A stretch of DNA of 63,883 bases, filler included, from Octopus bimaculoides (GCF_001194135.2; 4 parts of 4 records of this genome joined end to end with filler, not necessarily neighbours in it), one strand, 5' to 3'; positions 23,527 to 36,582 are shown, counted from the first letter of the whole stretch. Notes: a model not told the origin generated them from the letters alone. Made by a program: numbers and translations.

Positions 23527-23845
23527 CAACAAACAAGATGAGGACAAATATCCGTCAAATGTAAATAATGTAAAAATAAAATTATACTCCAATTTTGAAT
23601 TAACAGCTTCTCAAATAAATTCGTACTCCCTTCCACAATATTACAATTCACTTGGAAAGTCGTCCTAAATGTCAATGTTACAAAACTTGTTAGTAATATT
23701 TTACCTCATCTATGAATGTATTTTAACTTTCATTTCAGAACACAAAAGTTTCTTTGAATTGAAATTATTCCATATGAAATTTTCAAAAGTTTATATCTAG
23801 TAAATATTTTTTTAAAATTAGTTCATCAGTTTAAGAACTACCAAC

Positions 23846-23970
23846 CTGCGATTACTTGCATAAAATAGAATCATCGTAATGGTCAATATGAAAACCAACA
23901 CCACAATGACCGTAATAAAAACTATGAAATTCTTCTCCTTGTTGTCAACAGTTACAAATGGTTCAGATTC
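23846..23970 (-). CDS. Cadherin-related protein, transmembrane exon ESEPFVTVDNKEKNFIVFITVIVVLVFILTITMILFYASNR(R)
   Basis: Acceptor tttcttgctcttctAG, donor GTtggt; 125 nt, phase 0 to 2; ~23-residue hydrophobic helix followed by basic residues. Confidence 0.9.
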
Positions 23971-24059
23971 CTAGAAGAGCAAGAAATATCAATCAACAAT
24001 GATTTTTACAGAAAAATAAACATAAACATAAAAATCACATAAGAATGACATCAATAATT

Positions 24060-24260
24060 AAATAATAATTTCCAACTGAGGCAATTTGTTGGATGGGGAT
24101 TAGTTAATTAAACTGATCCTTGTACTTCATTGGTACTTTATTTCATTGCTTCTGGAGGGATGAACAGCAAAGATTTGACTTCAGAATGTAAAGAACCAAT
24201 GCAAACACCACAAGGATTTTGTCTCTGACACTGTAATGATTTTGACAATCAACTGCCCTA
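24060..24260 (-). mobile_element. tRNA-derived SINE family B, decayed
   Basis: tggtactttatttcattg..ggatgaa..gcaaag..tttgacttcagaa, inverted family B core. Confidence 0.65.
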
Positions 24261-24513
24261 ACAATAACAACAGAGGCAACAACAACAAAAACAACAACCA
24301 CAATCTATAAAAATTGTAACTGTGGTAATTGGTGCATTAGAGACGGTGTATAGATAAAGAAGGTTGGAATGGAATCTCCTGTAGAGCTTCTATAGAAAAT
24401 TTGACTCCTAGGAGCAGGGAAGATTATCAAAGGGGTTTTGAGCATTTAATGATTTATCATAAATTCTCCCAGGAATAAGATTAATCCTGAATCAAAACAA
24501 CAACAACAACAAC

Positions 24514-24567
<54 letters not shown>

Positions 24568-26072
24568 CATTTAACATTTGCTTTCCATGCTGGCATGGGT
24601 TGGATGGTTTGACAAAAATCTGGTAAGTTGGGGGGGGGGGCTGCACTAGGTCCCAGTCTGATATAGTAAGGTTTCTATGGTTGGTGCCCTTCCCAATGTC
24701 AACCACTTCAAAAGTGTAGCGGGTGGTTTTTTATGTGCCAATGATCTGACACTGGCATCAGCCATGACTACGGTCTCACTTGGCTTGACAGGTCTACACA
24801 AGCATGGTATATCATCACCAAAGGTCTTAGTCACCTGTCGCTGCTTCCATGAGGCATAATGCTCAAATGGTGCTTTTTACATGCCACCAACATGGGTGCC
24901 AGTCAGATGGCACAGGCATTGGCCACAACTAAGATTTCACTCGGTTTGACAGGTCTTCACAAGTACAGCATATCGCCCAACGATTGAAGGTGCTTTTAAT
25001 GAGCCAGTTATGTGCCACTGGCATGGGTACTGGTCAGACAGCACTGGCATTGACCATGACTACAATTTCGTTCGGTTTGACAGGACTTCACAAGCAAAGC
25101 ATATAGCCCAATGATTGAAGGGTTCTTTCAATGGGTCACTTACACAACATTGGCAGTGACAACGATTCCGATATCACTTGGCTTGATGGGTCTTCTCAAG
25201 CATGACATATCTCCAAAGGTCTCGGTCACTTGTCATTGTCTCTGTGAGGACCAACATTCGATGATCGTGCTTCACCACCTCACCCCATGTCTTCCTGGGT
25301 CTACCTCTTCCACAGGTTCCCTCTACTGTCCTCATCCATGTGCATCACATGACCATACCAGTGCAGTCATCTCTCTTGCACACCATATCTGATGCTTCTT
25401 ATGTCCAAATTTTCTCTTAGGATGCTTACACTCTGTTGTGGATGCACACTGACATTACACATCAAGCAGAGCATGCTAGCTTCATTTCTTTTTAGCATGG
25501 CTGTTCGCAAATATGTGTCATACAGACTGCCTTTCACTCCAAGTGAGAAGTCCTTTGTTACCAGCAGCTCTTTGTTATCAGGAGCTCTCTGAACTTTGCC
25601 CAGCCTTCTCTTATTTTAGCAGCTATGCTTTCAGAGAATCCACCTGAACTACTGACTTGGTCACCTAGGTAACAGAAGCTATCAACTTCTTGTAATTTTT
25701 CCCCTGGAATGTGATGGAATCTATTTTCTGTACATTTTTGGTGTTTATTGTACCTGCACACCTTCCACACACAAAAACTATTTTCCCTGTTAACCTTCCT
25801 CTAATATTGCTAAACCTCTTATGTAGCCCTAGCTTACACAGCAGACACCTTTTGGAGTTTCTCTCTATGCCTTTTCTACTGGCCAAGCAGGACCATATAC
25901 CTGAAGGAATTTATGATTTGTCTGCCTTCCTACTTAGTAAGACTTTGATTTTTGCTAGGTTAACTCTAATGCACTTTGATTCTAGACGTTGCTTCCACAC
26001 CTGAATCTTCTTCTCTAGTTCTGGTAGTGATTCAGCTATTAGAGAAAGGTCATCAGAATAGAGGAGCTCCCA
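24568..26072 (-). mobile_element. 5'-truncated RTE LINE: RT C-terminus contiguous with a ~700-bp subrepeated 3'UTR and tail
   Basis: WELLYSDDLSLIAESLPELEKKIQVWK..., VDSFCYLGDQVSSSGG, WYGHVM, RGRPRKTW, then the UTR repeat. Confidence 0.9.
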
Positions 26073-26131
<59 letters not shown>

Positions 26132-26135
<4 letters not shown>

Positions 26136-26255
26136 GAAAGTATTAAATAGCTGAAAAGACTGAACAGCATGATACTGTAGGCTGCAGGTAGTAAGCCTGC
26201 TATGCATGCAAGACTCCAGAAGCTCCAACAAAACCTGTGATAAAGAGATAATAGC

Positions 26256-26256
<1 letters not shown>
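26132..26256 (+). mobile_element. Very short 3' end of an R4/Dong-like LINE flanked by (TAA)n
   Basis: RKVLNS* followed by a UTR similar to 61975-62060 (gtagtaa..cc..cta). Confidence 0.5.
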
Positions 26257-26315
<59 letters not shown>

Positions 26316-26319
<4 letters not shown>

Positions 26320-26720
26320 TAGAAATTAGAAAAATGTGGAATCTGAAGACGAAAACAATACCTATTGTCATAGGTGCCCTGGGAATGACAGCGAAACGGG
26401 CTGATTACTACCTAGCTCAGATACCAGGAAACCCCAAAATGGCTGAAGTTCAAAAGATAGTGCTCATGGGAACTGCCCATATCCTACGTAAAATACTGTC
26501 TATGTGATCTCAAATTTTAAAGCAAACACATAATTTTCTTATGGTTTCTTAAACATTCACTTGAACAAAACTGTACAAATCCAAATATATGGTACCCTAG
26601 GCATAACACCTACATGAACTTCTAACTTGTTGTCTCTTGAGGTCTCTGGGTGAGACTTGGATCCAACTTGTACAAATGCAAAACAAAAGTCAAACATAAA
26701 ATAATAATAATAATAATAAA
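26316..26720 (+). mobile_element. R4/Dong-like (restriction-like endonuclease) LINE 3' end
   Basis: KIEIRKMWNLKTKTIPIVIGALG...VQKIVLMGTAHILRKILSM*; 3'UTR ending in (TAA)n. Confidence 0.88.
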
Positions 26721-26721
26721 T

Positions 26722-27336
26722 ACACTGATGCAGTACCAAGCAGTGGCTCTCATGGCTTCTGATCTAAACTGATTGGAAGTGTTATCATGTACATTGTTTT
26801 GTCTTGGTATAAATGATGGACTACAGCAAATATTCTGCTCAATACCACAGATTTGCTTGTCAATTGTTTGACCATAACTAGTTGAGCATGTCCCTTAGTG
26901 GCTGACGATATGTGCATCTCTGATCACAAGCAGAAGTAGTTGGGGAGCATCATAGGTATGTGTTGAGAGGAATTCTTTGGGGTTTGAATAGGATATGGGC
27001 AGTTCCCATGAGCACTATCTTTTGAACTTCAGCCATGGGGTTTGAATAATTCACCTCTGGAAACAAGGATGTTTCCTTCATCATCCTTAAAAAAACCTTA
27101 TTCTGGAACCTTTTGAATGGAATGGGCTACTTGACCAGAAAAAAATTCTAACTGGGCCCCATATGTAAGGTCAGGCACTGTTTATCTTGATAAAAGATCA
27201 GCATGTCGTGCACATATGGCTGTGATGCATGTGCCTGGTGTATCTTTATGAGATGGGTAGTTATGATGGGTATACTAGAGCTCATATATTTTACCCTAGT
27301 GCCACTTTGATGACATGCACTGCTCTCTTGCTCAGT
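26722..27336 (+). mobile_element. Family D (TAA)n-embedded element, copy 1 (interrupted by a short duplication)
   Basis: c.ctgatgcagtacca.gc ... gcactgctctc; homologous to 34040 and 54418. Confidence 0.85.
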
Positions 27337-27337
27337 G

Positions 27338-27388
<51 letters not shown>

Positions 27389-27406
27389 TTAATAATAATA
27401 ATAAAT

Positions 27407-27450
<44 letters not shown>

Positions 27451-27514
27451 TAATAATAATAATAAATGATAATAATAATAATAAATGATAATAATAATAA
27501 TAATAAATAATAAT

Positions 27515-27726
27515 TCTTTCTACTGGAAGCACATAGCCTCAAATTTGGGGGAAGGGATTAAGTCGATTACATCGACTCCAGTGCATAACTGGTGCTTATT
27601 TAATCAAACCTGAAAGGATGAAAAGCAAAATCGTCCTCGGTGGAATTTGAACTCAGAACATAATGGCAGATGAAATACTGCTAAATATTTCACCTGGCAA
27701 GCTAACTTTTCTGCCAGCTTGGTGCC

Positions 27727-27728
<2 letters not shown>
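27515..27728 (-). mobile_element. SINE family B within (TAA)n
   Basis: gagctggcagaa..ttagc..gttctgagttcaaattcc..gcttttcatcctttc..taagcacca. Confidence 0.85.
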
Positions 27729-27804
<76 letters not shown>

Positions 27805-27861
27805 GTAGTAGTACTAGTAGTAGTAGTAGTAGTAGTAGCAGCGGCGGCGGCGGCGGCGATG

Positions 27862-27935
<74 letters not shown>

Positions 27936-27945
27936 AAGAAGAGTG
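27729..27945. repeat. Compound trinucleotide tract (TAA)-(TAG)-(GCG)-(GGT)-(TAG)-(AAG)
   Basis: Directly visible. Confidence 0.95.
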
Positions 27946-28109
27946 AAGGAGGAGGGGGACAATACAAAACAGGCATAAGGGGTTTACATATAAGGGAATG
28001 TTAAAAAAAATAGGTAAAGGAAAAGTATGCAAGGTATACATTAAAAGAAGGGAAGTATACATAGTATATAGCACTAAGAAGAAGAAGAAAGAATAATAAA
28101 AAAAATCAT

Positions 28110-28400
28110 AGTGATGGAGTCCTCTTGATACAGGTGGGCCTCTTGGGATAATAATGGAATCTCACCATCTAAGATCACCCTGAATACCAAGGACAAGTAA
28201 TCTTTCCAATTCCTTTCCTCCAGTTCACAAGTCTAAACTTTGAGCAGTACCATCCACTCTTGCCATTTTCACAACTTTTGATAAATTTACTCGAGGACAG
28301 CAGCTCCCTCTCCACCCTCATTTTCTTTTTCAAGTGAAACTTGAAAAAGTCGATGAGGGTTTTACCAAAGAAGAATGTCTCTGTCTTCATTCCTTTCAAC
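28110..28400 (-). mobile_element. Tx1/L1-like LINE 3' end
   Basis: KGMKTETFF.GKTLIDFFKFHLKKKMRVERELLSS; related to 62345-62830. Confidence 0.65.
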
Positions 28401-28489
28401 CACGTTTACCAGACAACCTCTTTCACCACTTTTACAAGAGGAACACAAAACATTTACCATTCAAAATCTGAAATCAAACAGTTTCCTAC

Positions 28490-28556
28490 CTTAACTCTTT
28501 CTACTGCAAAATTTTCAAACTTCTCTGCATTTAAAACTCTTTTCATATCAAGGATT
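28490..28556 (-). CDS. Cadherin-related protein, juxtamembrane exon (x)ILDMKRVLNAEKFENFAVERVK
   Basis: Acceptor ttttcattaatatatAG, donor GTagga; 67 nt, phase 2 to 0; joins in frame to the TM exon. Confidence 0.75.
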
Positions 28557-29142
28557 CTATATATTAATGAAAAAAAATCAAACATGAATTTAGTAGCTTC
28601 TTGGTTTTCTACATATTTTCTACATAAAGTAAAGTAAAATTCATTATATAGTTATTCATGAAGTATATAATGGAACTTCATACAAATATAAAATATATAA
28701 GTATTCTTTTATTGTCTTAGAAGGAACAGTTTACCTTTAAGAAACACATGCATTGGTTCTATTCCATTTCTTTACTCAACTAGAGATTCAATTAACCAAT
28801 AAACTAATTGGTTTTTCGAGAAATTGTACAGTCAGTCAATCAATCAGCTGGTTTATCAAAATCTTTTCATAACCATTTTCCATTTCATCAAATTTGCTCC
28901 TTTCTCTCCAATGAGGTAGACCTGAATTTTATTGATGAGACTGCATATAGGGATGAAAGTCCTTGGTGAAATAGAACCAGCGTGTGTAGTTCTTATTAGC
29001 AAAATGACCCCCACCAAAAAATACAAACAACATCTGTTTCAATATACAATTTTGCATCATGAATCTTGCAAAAATGAAATAAAAGCATTTTATTTAATNN
29101 NNNNNNNNNNNNNNNNNNNNNNNNNNNNNNNNNNNNNNNNNN

Positions 29143-29154
29143 TTAATTAATTAA
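29143..29154. other. Artificial scaffolding linker TTAATTAATTAA
   Basis: 44 N + linker + 44 N = 100 bp; stop codons in all six frames. Confidence 0.92.
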
Positions 29155-29198
29155 NNNNNNNNNNNNNNNNNNNNNNNNNNNNNNNNNNNNNNNNNNNN

Positions 29199-29241
<43 letters not shown>

Positions 29242-30944
29242 GTATACTACAAACAACATCCCACAATCACGATGATAACTCAAAAGAAAATGGATCATTT
29301 CAAAAATGTATACATGTTGACATACATTAAATGTACATGAAGAACAAGAACAATAAGTTTATGTAACCTAATTTGATCACAAATATACATTTATGTATAT
29401 GCTAATTCAGTTATGTAAATATAATGAGAAAAAAATAATTTGACAACACTTGTATGTATGTATAAAATATGCATGTATATGTACAGGTGTATCTGTAAAA
29501 TATATAACATCTATGAAAACTAAATTTATACATATATATGTATGTATATTCAATTTTATTTTACATACAATAATGTGTATTCATATCGCATAATAATATC
29601 CCATCTATCTATTTATACACATGCATGTATGTATATAATTCTGTGTGCCTGAATGTATGCATGTGTGTGTGTGTGTGTGTGTGCATATGTGTGTGTGTAT
29701 ACATATATATATATATATATATATATATCTGCATGTTAAAAAATAATATATATCTTTTCTCGACACACACATATTCAATGTGTTAGATGAATAAACTACT
29801 GCATAATATCATTACGTGCACACACACACATACATACACACACATACACACACACACACATACACACACACACAAACACACACATACACACATTAAATTT
29901 TACGAAGAAAAGCTTGGTAGTGTCTGAGAAGTTTCAGGTGACTCGCCTTCATCAGGCATTTTGATGACGACGGCAAAGCAAGCTCGGATTTCAGGGTCAC
30001 TGCCAGACTTTTCCACTGTAAAAATTCATAAATAGGTAATCTAATAAACGATACATAATTCGATTGATGACTGATTAGCTTTGTTGACTGGCAGTGGTAT
30101 GGAATGGGATAGTATATCGGTGTAACTTGTTGGAAACTCCCTCAGAATAACCCTTGCAGTATAAGATACGCACTCACGTTGGATAGACCAAGGCTATAGT
30201 TTACCTTACAAACTTGAGAATTCACTAGACCCATGTCTCACAGGAGCAAACCAAAATTGTTCTTGAATGTGCAATTGTGAGTGGATCCACACACACACAC
30301 ATATATATGTATGTATATAATTACATACATACATATATATATATATATATGTGCATATACATGTATGTATATATGTTGTATATATATGAATACATGAGTT
30401 TAATATAGTCAACAAATATGTGTGTATCTATCCATCTATCTATCTATATATATATATATATATATATGTAAGTATGTATACACACATATATACACATATA
30501 AATTATTTTACGAATCAAAGCATAATGAAAATTGTCATCGAAATGGGGTGTGGATGAAGGGGGACTTGACAGAGCAAACAGACTGCATATAATATTTAAA
30601 ATAAATAAACATAACAATAATATACATATTTATATATATATATATATATGTATATATATGTATATATATGTATGTATGTATGTGTTAATGTTAAGTGATA
30701 ATGATATAAAATATACACAAGTCAAAAACAACACATCCTAATTTTCTAAATGAATATACTGATTTCTTAAGTCAATCATGCCACCGTCAAAATCCCGATG
30801 ACCACCACCTCCTCCTCCTCATCATCATCATTTTTACTGTTTTCTTCATCAGTCTTAAGATTTCAACATCTGTTATCATCATCATCATCATCATCATCAT
30901 CATCGTCATTATTATTATTATTATTATTGTTGTTGTTGTTATCG

Positions 30945-31170
30945 AGGTGGTAAGCTGGCAGGATCAATTGCATGTCGGAGAAAAATGCTTAGTGGCATTT
31001 CTTCTGGTACTTTACATTCTGAGTTCAAATTCCACTGAGGTTGACTTTGTATTTTTTTTTCTTCATTTCGGATGTTGATGAAATAAAGTTCTTCTCATGT
31101 ACTAAGGTAGATATAATTGACTTTTTCCCCCCTTTTGCTAAAAAAAAACTGTTGGCCCTATGCCAGAATT
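30945..31170 (+). mobile_element. SINE family B
   Basis: aagctggcagga..aaaatgcttagtggcatttc..ttctgagttcaaattcc; (TTA)n flanks. Confidence 0.8.
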
Positions 31171-31235
31171 TGAAATAATTATCATTATTGTTATTATTAT
31201 TAATATTATTATTATTATTATTGTTATTGTTGTTA

Positions 31236-31269
<34 letters not shown>

Positions 31270-32871
31270 GCTATGAGCAGTAGGTACCCAGCAGTTGCCT
31301 GAATATTGTATCAATGTAAACAGGACTCTACTGACGGAGGCAGTTTGAGAGGGAATCGGCTGCTATGTCATGACATATCTAGCTAACTTATTTTTTAAAG
31401 GTCTTGGTCATTGGTTCAGGCTCACCTGATAACCATTTCTGTCAACCTAATTTCACCCCCACAGGAGTTCGCATGAATCCCAAGAACTGAAATCATAACT
31501 ACTTTCCCAAGATACCAATCCAGTGGAATTGAATTTGAGACCTCATGGTTGCAAACTGAATTTCTTAACCACTGAACCATTCCTGTGTGTATTATCGTTA
31601 GGTGAATAGGTAAACAGATCTGGGACTGTTTTAGTAGCAATATAGGCCCCTGGACAAATCAGTGCATTGAACCCTATAATATTTGCTTATTGACAGCAAG
31701 CCACGACATGCATAGATCAGAATTGGGGCCTTAGACCCATAAAGCTCCTGGTCAGTTCAATGTACTGGGCCCTGTAATATTTATTTATTTGACCTCAAGC
31801 TACAGCATACATCAATCATAATTGAGCCCTTAGACTTGTAAGCCCCCAGGCAACTGTCCAATGTGCTCATGCATTAAGACAGCAGTAAACACATCTCAAA
31901 TCCTCAATCAGCCCCCTGCAGTACCAGAATGTGAAATTAGAATCTCCTTTTGAATTCTTCTCACGACATTCCACATAATAACCACATTCCAACAATGACC
32001 CATTCCATGTTTTATTGGTTTTTTTATTTTTGTTTTGTTTCTGCGGGCAGGGAATGTATGTTTTTCTATTTTTTTTTGTGTGTGTTTTGGTGGGGGTGGG
32101 ATTTTGCGCTTGGAGAATAATTTAAATTGACTTGGAATTTAGCTCTGTCATAATCCCTAAGCCCTAGGACTCGTAAGACCAGAGCTTATGAATCTCCATG
32201 GTGTTTAAATGACTGAAATTGCAAGACTCCTCCCTTGATAGGACACCAGTCCCTCACAATGTTAACTTCCCAGATATTGCTGGAACTCATTTACAGCTCA
32301 ATGGAGTGGGTTAATGTGAAATTAAGAGATTTTTTTCTTTTTTTGCTCATAAATACAATGCACCATCTGGTTGGGAATTGAAACTGTGATCTTTTAATCA
32401 CTAGTGCATCACCCTAACCCAAACATGGGCAGGTTTTTTGAAGGAGCAAGCTGCATAAGACATGGCCCGTCATCAGGCGGGCTGCATTACTAAAAAATAA
32501 AATTCAATTTTCGTTAAGCGTGCCATTCAGTAAGTCCCCACAGATCGCAGTTTGCTCGAGACAGCCATAACCACTTGACCACAAGCCTCCACTAATCCAA
32601 ATAATATTGTAAAATAGAAATTTTTGAAGTCCTGTGATCTCTAATAAGACATGGGATATTGATGTTAAATATGATCCATGGCATAAATATTTGATGTTAG
32701 TCATGGTGGTGGTGATGGGTTGTGTGTGTGTGTAGGTTGGGTAGGAGGATACTGGTTTGATTAAATGGGTATGGAGGGGGAGGTGATGTTTTATTGGTAA
32801 CTAGAAAATCCTTCACATTCATTAACACTTCACAACCCCTCCCATCCATCCATCCATCCCCTACCTGGCAG

Positions 32872-33010
32872 CTGAGGGTAAATGAATACCAGCATATTAC
32901 TGGTATTGCCTTTCTAAAACCCTGCCGAGAGATGAAAGTCAACGCTGACTTCAGTGGGAATTGAACTCAGAACGTTAGGACATGCTACCATCTTCTTAAC
33001 AACAACCACA
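32872..33010 (-). mobile_element. SINE family B fragment
   Basis: gatgaaagtcaacgctgacttcagtgggaattgaactcagaacg. Confidence 0.6.
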
Positions 33011-34039
33011 ACAACAGCAATAATAATACTGATCATAAAGACAACAACAACATTAACGTAATTCTTGAAATTTTGGAGGTGGGGGTTAGTTGATAACATC
33101 AACTCCAGTCCATGGCTAGTGCGTTGTGTAATAATGATAATAATAATTAATAATATTAATAATAATAAATGCCAAAGAAATGAGGATTTCTCTAGTCATT
33201 AAATCTGCTAGAAATAGCAGCCAAACCATGCTCATAATAAAAAATATTGAAGGCAAAAAGGAATGCTCAAACTACAGGTTAATGTTAGTTCTAGATGTAT
33301 ACAAATAGATGACATTGTCATGGCTGGAATGTCTTTGCACATATGAATGTCTGCTAGACCAGGGATTATAGTGTCAATAATATGATGTCTAAGAACAAAT
33401 CTTTATTTCATTACTCTCGCTATTCGTAATAGTAGCTAAATCTCCCTCAGATCACATAGCGTTGTCTTAGAGAAGGAAAAGACACATCAGACAGATAAGT
33501 TAGTCCCTAGGCATATTTTTTTTACACATCCATTGACCTAAAGAAGACAAGGTGGTTACACCTGGAATACTTTTGATTCCTGTTGAACTGGGGCTAAAAG
33601 CAAAAGTAAAAAAAAAAACAACAAAAAGAAAACAGACTTTCGAGGGTCTGCTCAGTCATGGGTTGGCATGATATAAGAGAGGGACAGCATAAGGACCTAC
33701 ATAAGCATAAAATATTTTGCAACCTTTTATTATGGGAACAATATATAGAAAGCCCCAATATTAAGTTGACTCCAAATCATGAGCGCACTGTTCATGGGAC
33801 TGAGATAGGCAGACAGGGAGAGAGAGAGAGAGAACGAGAGAGAGAGAATGACAAAACCCCAATTATGGGTGTTGCAAGTAACTAGAATTTTCGGTTTCTA
33901 TCCTGAAAGTTTTGAGATTCGAGGCAGACATATTGTTAAATCCCAAGGCATTTCTCTACTGGTGTATAAACCTTTGTTGATATGATGATAATAATAGTAA
34001 TAATAATAATAATAATATTAATAATAATTATAATAATAA

Positions 34040-34595
34040 ATGCCCTGATGTAATACCAGGCACTTGCTCTCATGGCTTCTGTTCTTAACTGATTGGAAGT
34101 GTTATCATATACATGTTTTGTCTTGGTATTAAAGATGGGCTACAGCAAATATTCTGCTCAGTACCACAGATTTGCTTGTCAGTTGCTTGACCTCGACCAC
34201 CTGAGTATGTCTCTTAGGGGCTAACGACATGTGCATCTCTGATCACGAGCAGAAGTAGTGGGGGAGCATCATAGCCATGTGTTGAAAGGAATTCTGTGGG
34301 GTTTGAATAATCCACCTCTGTAAATATGGGTATTTTGTTCATCATCCTTAAACAACCTTTATTCAGGGACCTTTTGAGCAGGGTGGGCTACTCGACCTGA
34401 TGAAAATTCTAACTGGGCCCCACTTGCAAGATCACATGGTGTTTATCTTGATATGAGATCACCATGTCGCGCACATATGGTTGTGATGCATGTGCCTGGT
34501 GTACACTTACCAGATGGGTAGTCACGATGGGTAGGTATACTGGGCTTTGTATATCTGGGTCACTTTGATGGCATGTGCTGCTCTCTCACTCTATG
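34040..34595 (+). mobile_element. Family D (TAA)n-embedded element, copy 2
   Basis: gccctgatgtaataccaggc...gctctctcactc. Confidence 0.85.
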
Positions 34596-34604
34596 ATAAT
34601 AATA

Positions 34605-34780
34605 ACCATTCTTTCTGTTATAGGCCCCAGTGTTCGACTTGTGCTCATTTTATCAGCCCTGAAAGAATAAAAGGCGAAGTCAACCTTGCCAGTATTTGAA
34701 CTCAGAACCTATAGGTAGAAGGAATGTTAAGCATTATGTCCAGCATGCTAACAATTCTACCATCTCACTACCTTAGTAAT
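34605..34780 (-). mobile_element. SINE family B
   Basis: aaaggcgaagtcaacctt..atttgaactcagaac..gcatgctaacaattc. Confidence 0.7.
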
Positions 34781-35848
34781 AATATACCAATACTAATAAT
34801 AATTATAATATGGGGAACAAAGCTAAGAATTTTGTGGAGGGGGTACAGATGATTACATCAGCCTTAGTACCTGACAGGTGCACTTTAAGTACTTTATCCT
34901 CAGAAATATAAAAACCAAGGTGGATCTAGGCAGTTGAGATCTCAAGGCTGAAGATAAGCCATCCCCTTCCTTGTACCTTCTTGGTGAAAAGCACTTTTAG
35001 GGACTACTCTTCTTTTTCCAAATGAACCCATTAACATACATAGAATTTCCGAAAAGAATCGAGGTTTTGTAATAGTACCAAGAACAACTGTCGGAATAGT
35101 TGCTTAACATAACTGATTCATTTTACTAGGCAAAAAGACCTTCTTTGAAGTGTGTGTATACATGGAAGAAGCTTTTCTATTTGCTGTGAAAAGATTTCAA
35201 CCACCCCCATGTGACTAAAAGTGGACTGACATATTACTATAAATTAAAGAACTGTGAGCCGTTGGCAGAGAGCGCTTAACCTCGTGTAATAGTCATGAGA
35301 ATAGTTTTTTCCCCCTGCTTCATTAAAATATATCCAACACCAGGATATAAAACTATTTAATCACACTGACTATCCAGTATATTATTGGAATCTTTATATA
35401 TTTATTTATTTATTTGTGAGTGACACCTGGAGTGAAATACAATCACCTCCAGCAGGACTTGAACTCAGAAATCAGAAATGCTGACTGTAACAGAAGCTCA
35501 GCATACATGACAAAATATATATTTAGTCTGACTTCTCCACCATCTTATCCCATGATCAAAGAACATGCATATATACATACACAATAACCCCATAGAATAT
35601 CCATATATATATATACACATATATGTATATAGCTTAAATTATGTGATTGTCATGTATGAGACGAGCACTCAATGTCAGGTTCACTAAGTATATTATAATA
35701 TAATTGACAAGAATCACAATGAATTATTTTGTGACATTATCTCATAGTTGTATGATTCATATATAAGGTGTACTAACAACCTACGAGTGTTTGAATAAAA
35801 ATGTAGCTTCCATCAATTATATTATATCATAAATATATATATATGTAC

Positions 35849-35895
<47 letters not shown>

Positions 35896-36293
35896 TACAG
35901 ACATACATACATATATGCATATATATGTGTATATATCTATGACTGTTTTTAACCAAATTGGTCAATTGAAAATGCAGATATCTTGCATTTTTCTAGAACC
36001 AGTAACTTTTGCTAGTTTGGTTTTAGACAGCCAAATTGAATTATTTATATTCTACTTCTAGTAAGGAGGACTTCTTCTTCCAATTGTCACCATCTATGGA
36101 TGTATATATGTGTGTGTGTGTGTGTACATACACACAAACACACACAAATATATATTGTATATATTATGCATATATGCTGCGTCACCAACCCAAAATGAGT
36201 AGTGATGTCATGAGTCAGGTCATCAACTTGTAAAAAATCTACTCTACAATGCATATTGAGCACTTATGTTTCTACATTAACCTTCTATGTATG

Positions 36294-36338
<45 letters not shown>

Positions 36339-36550
36339 NNNNNNNNNNNNNNNNNNNNNNNNNNNNNNNNNNNNNNNNNNNNNNNNNNNNNNNNNNNNNN
36401 NNNNNNNNNNNNNNNNNNNNNNNNNNNNNNNNNNNNNNNNNNNNNNNNNNNNNNNNNNNNNNNNNNNNNNNNNNNNNNNNNNNNNNNNNNNNNNNNNNNN
36501 NNNNNNNNNNNNNNNNNNNNNNNNNNNNNNNNNNNNNNNNNNNNNNNNNN

Positions 36551-36582
<32 letters not shown>

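Larger units (their letters stand above)
22869..23570 (+). mobile_element. Penelope-like element 3' region with GIY-YIG, tRNA-like segment and hammerhead
   Basis: QKICGPYDIRTTFKSNTTL..VYSIP.SCGRLYKGKT..PLKIR..EH..KEAAHM; 3' noncoding part ends in an HHR core. Confidence 0.9.
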
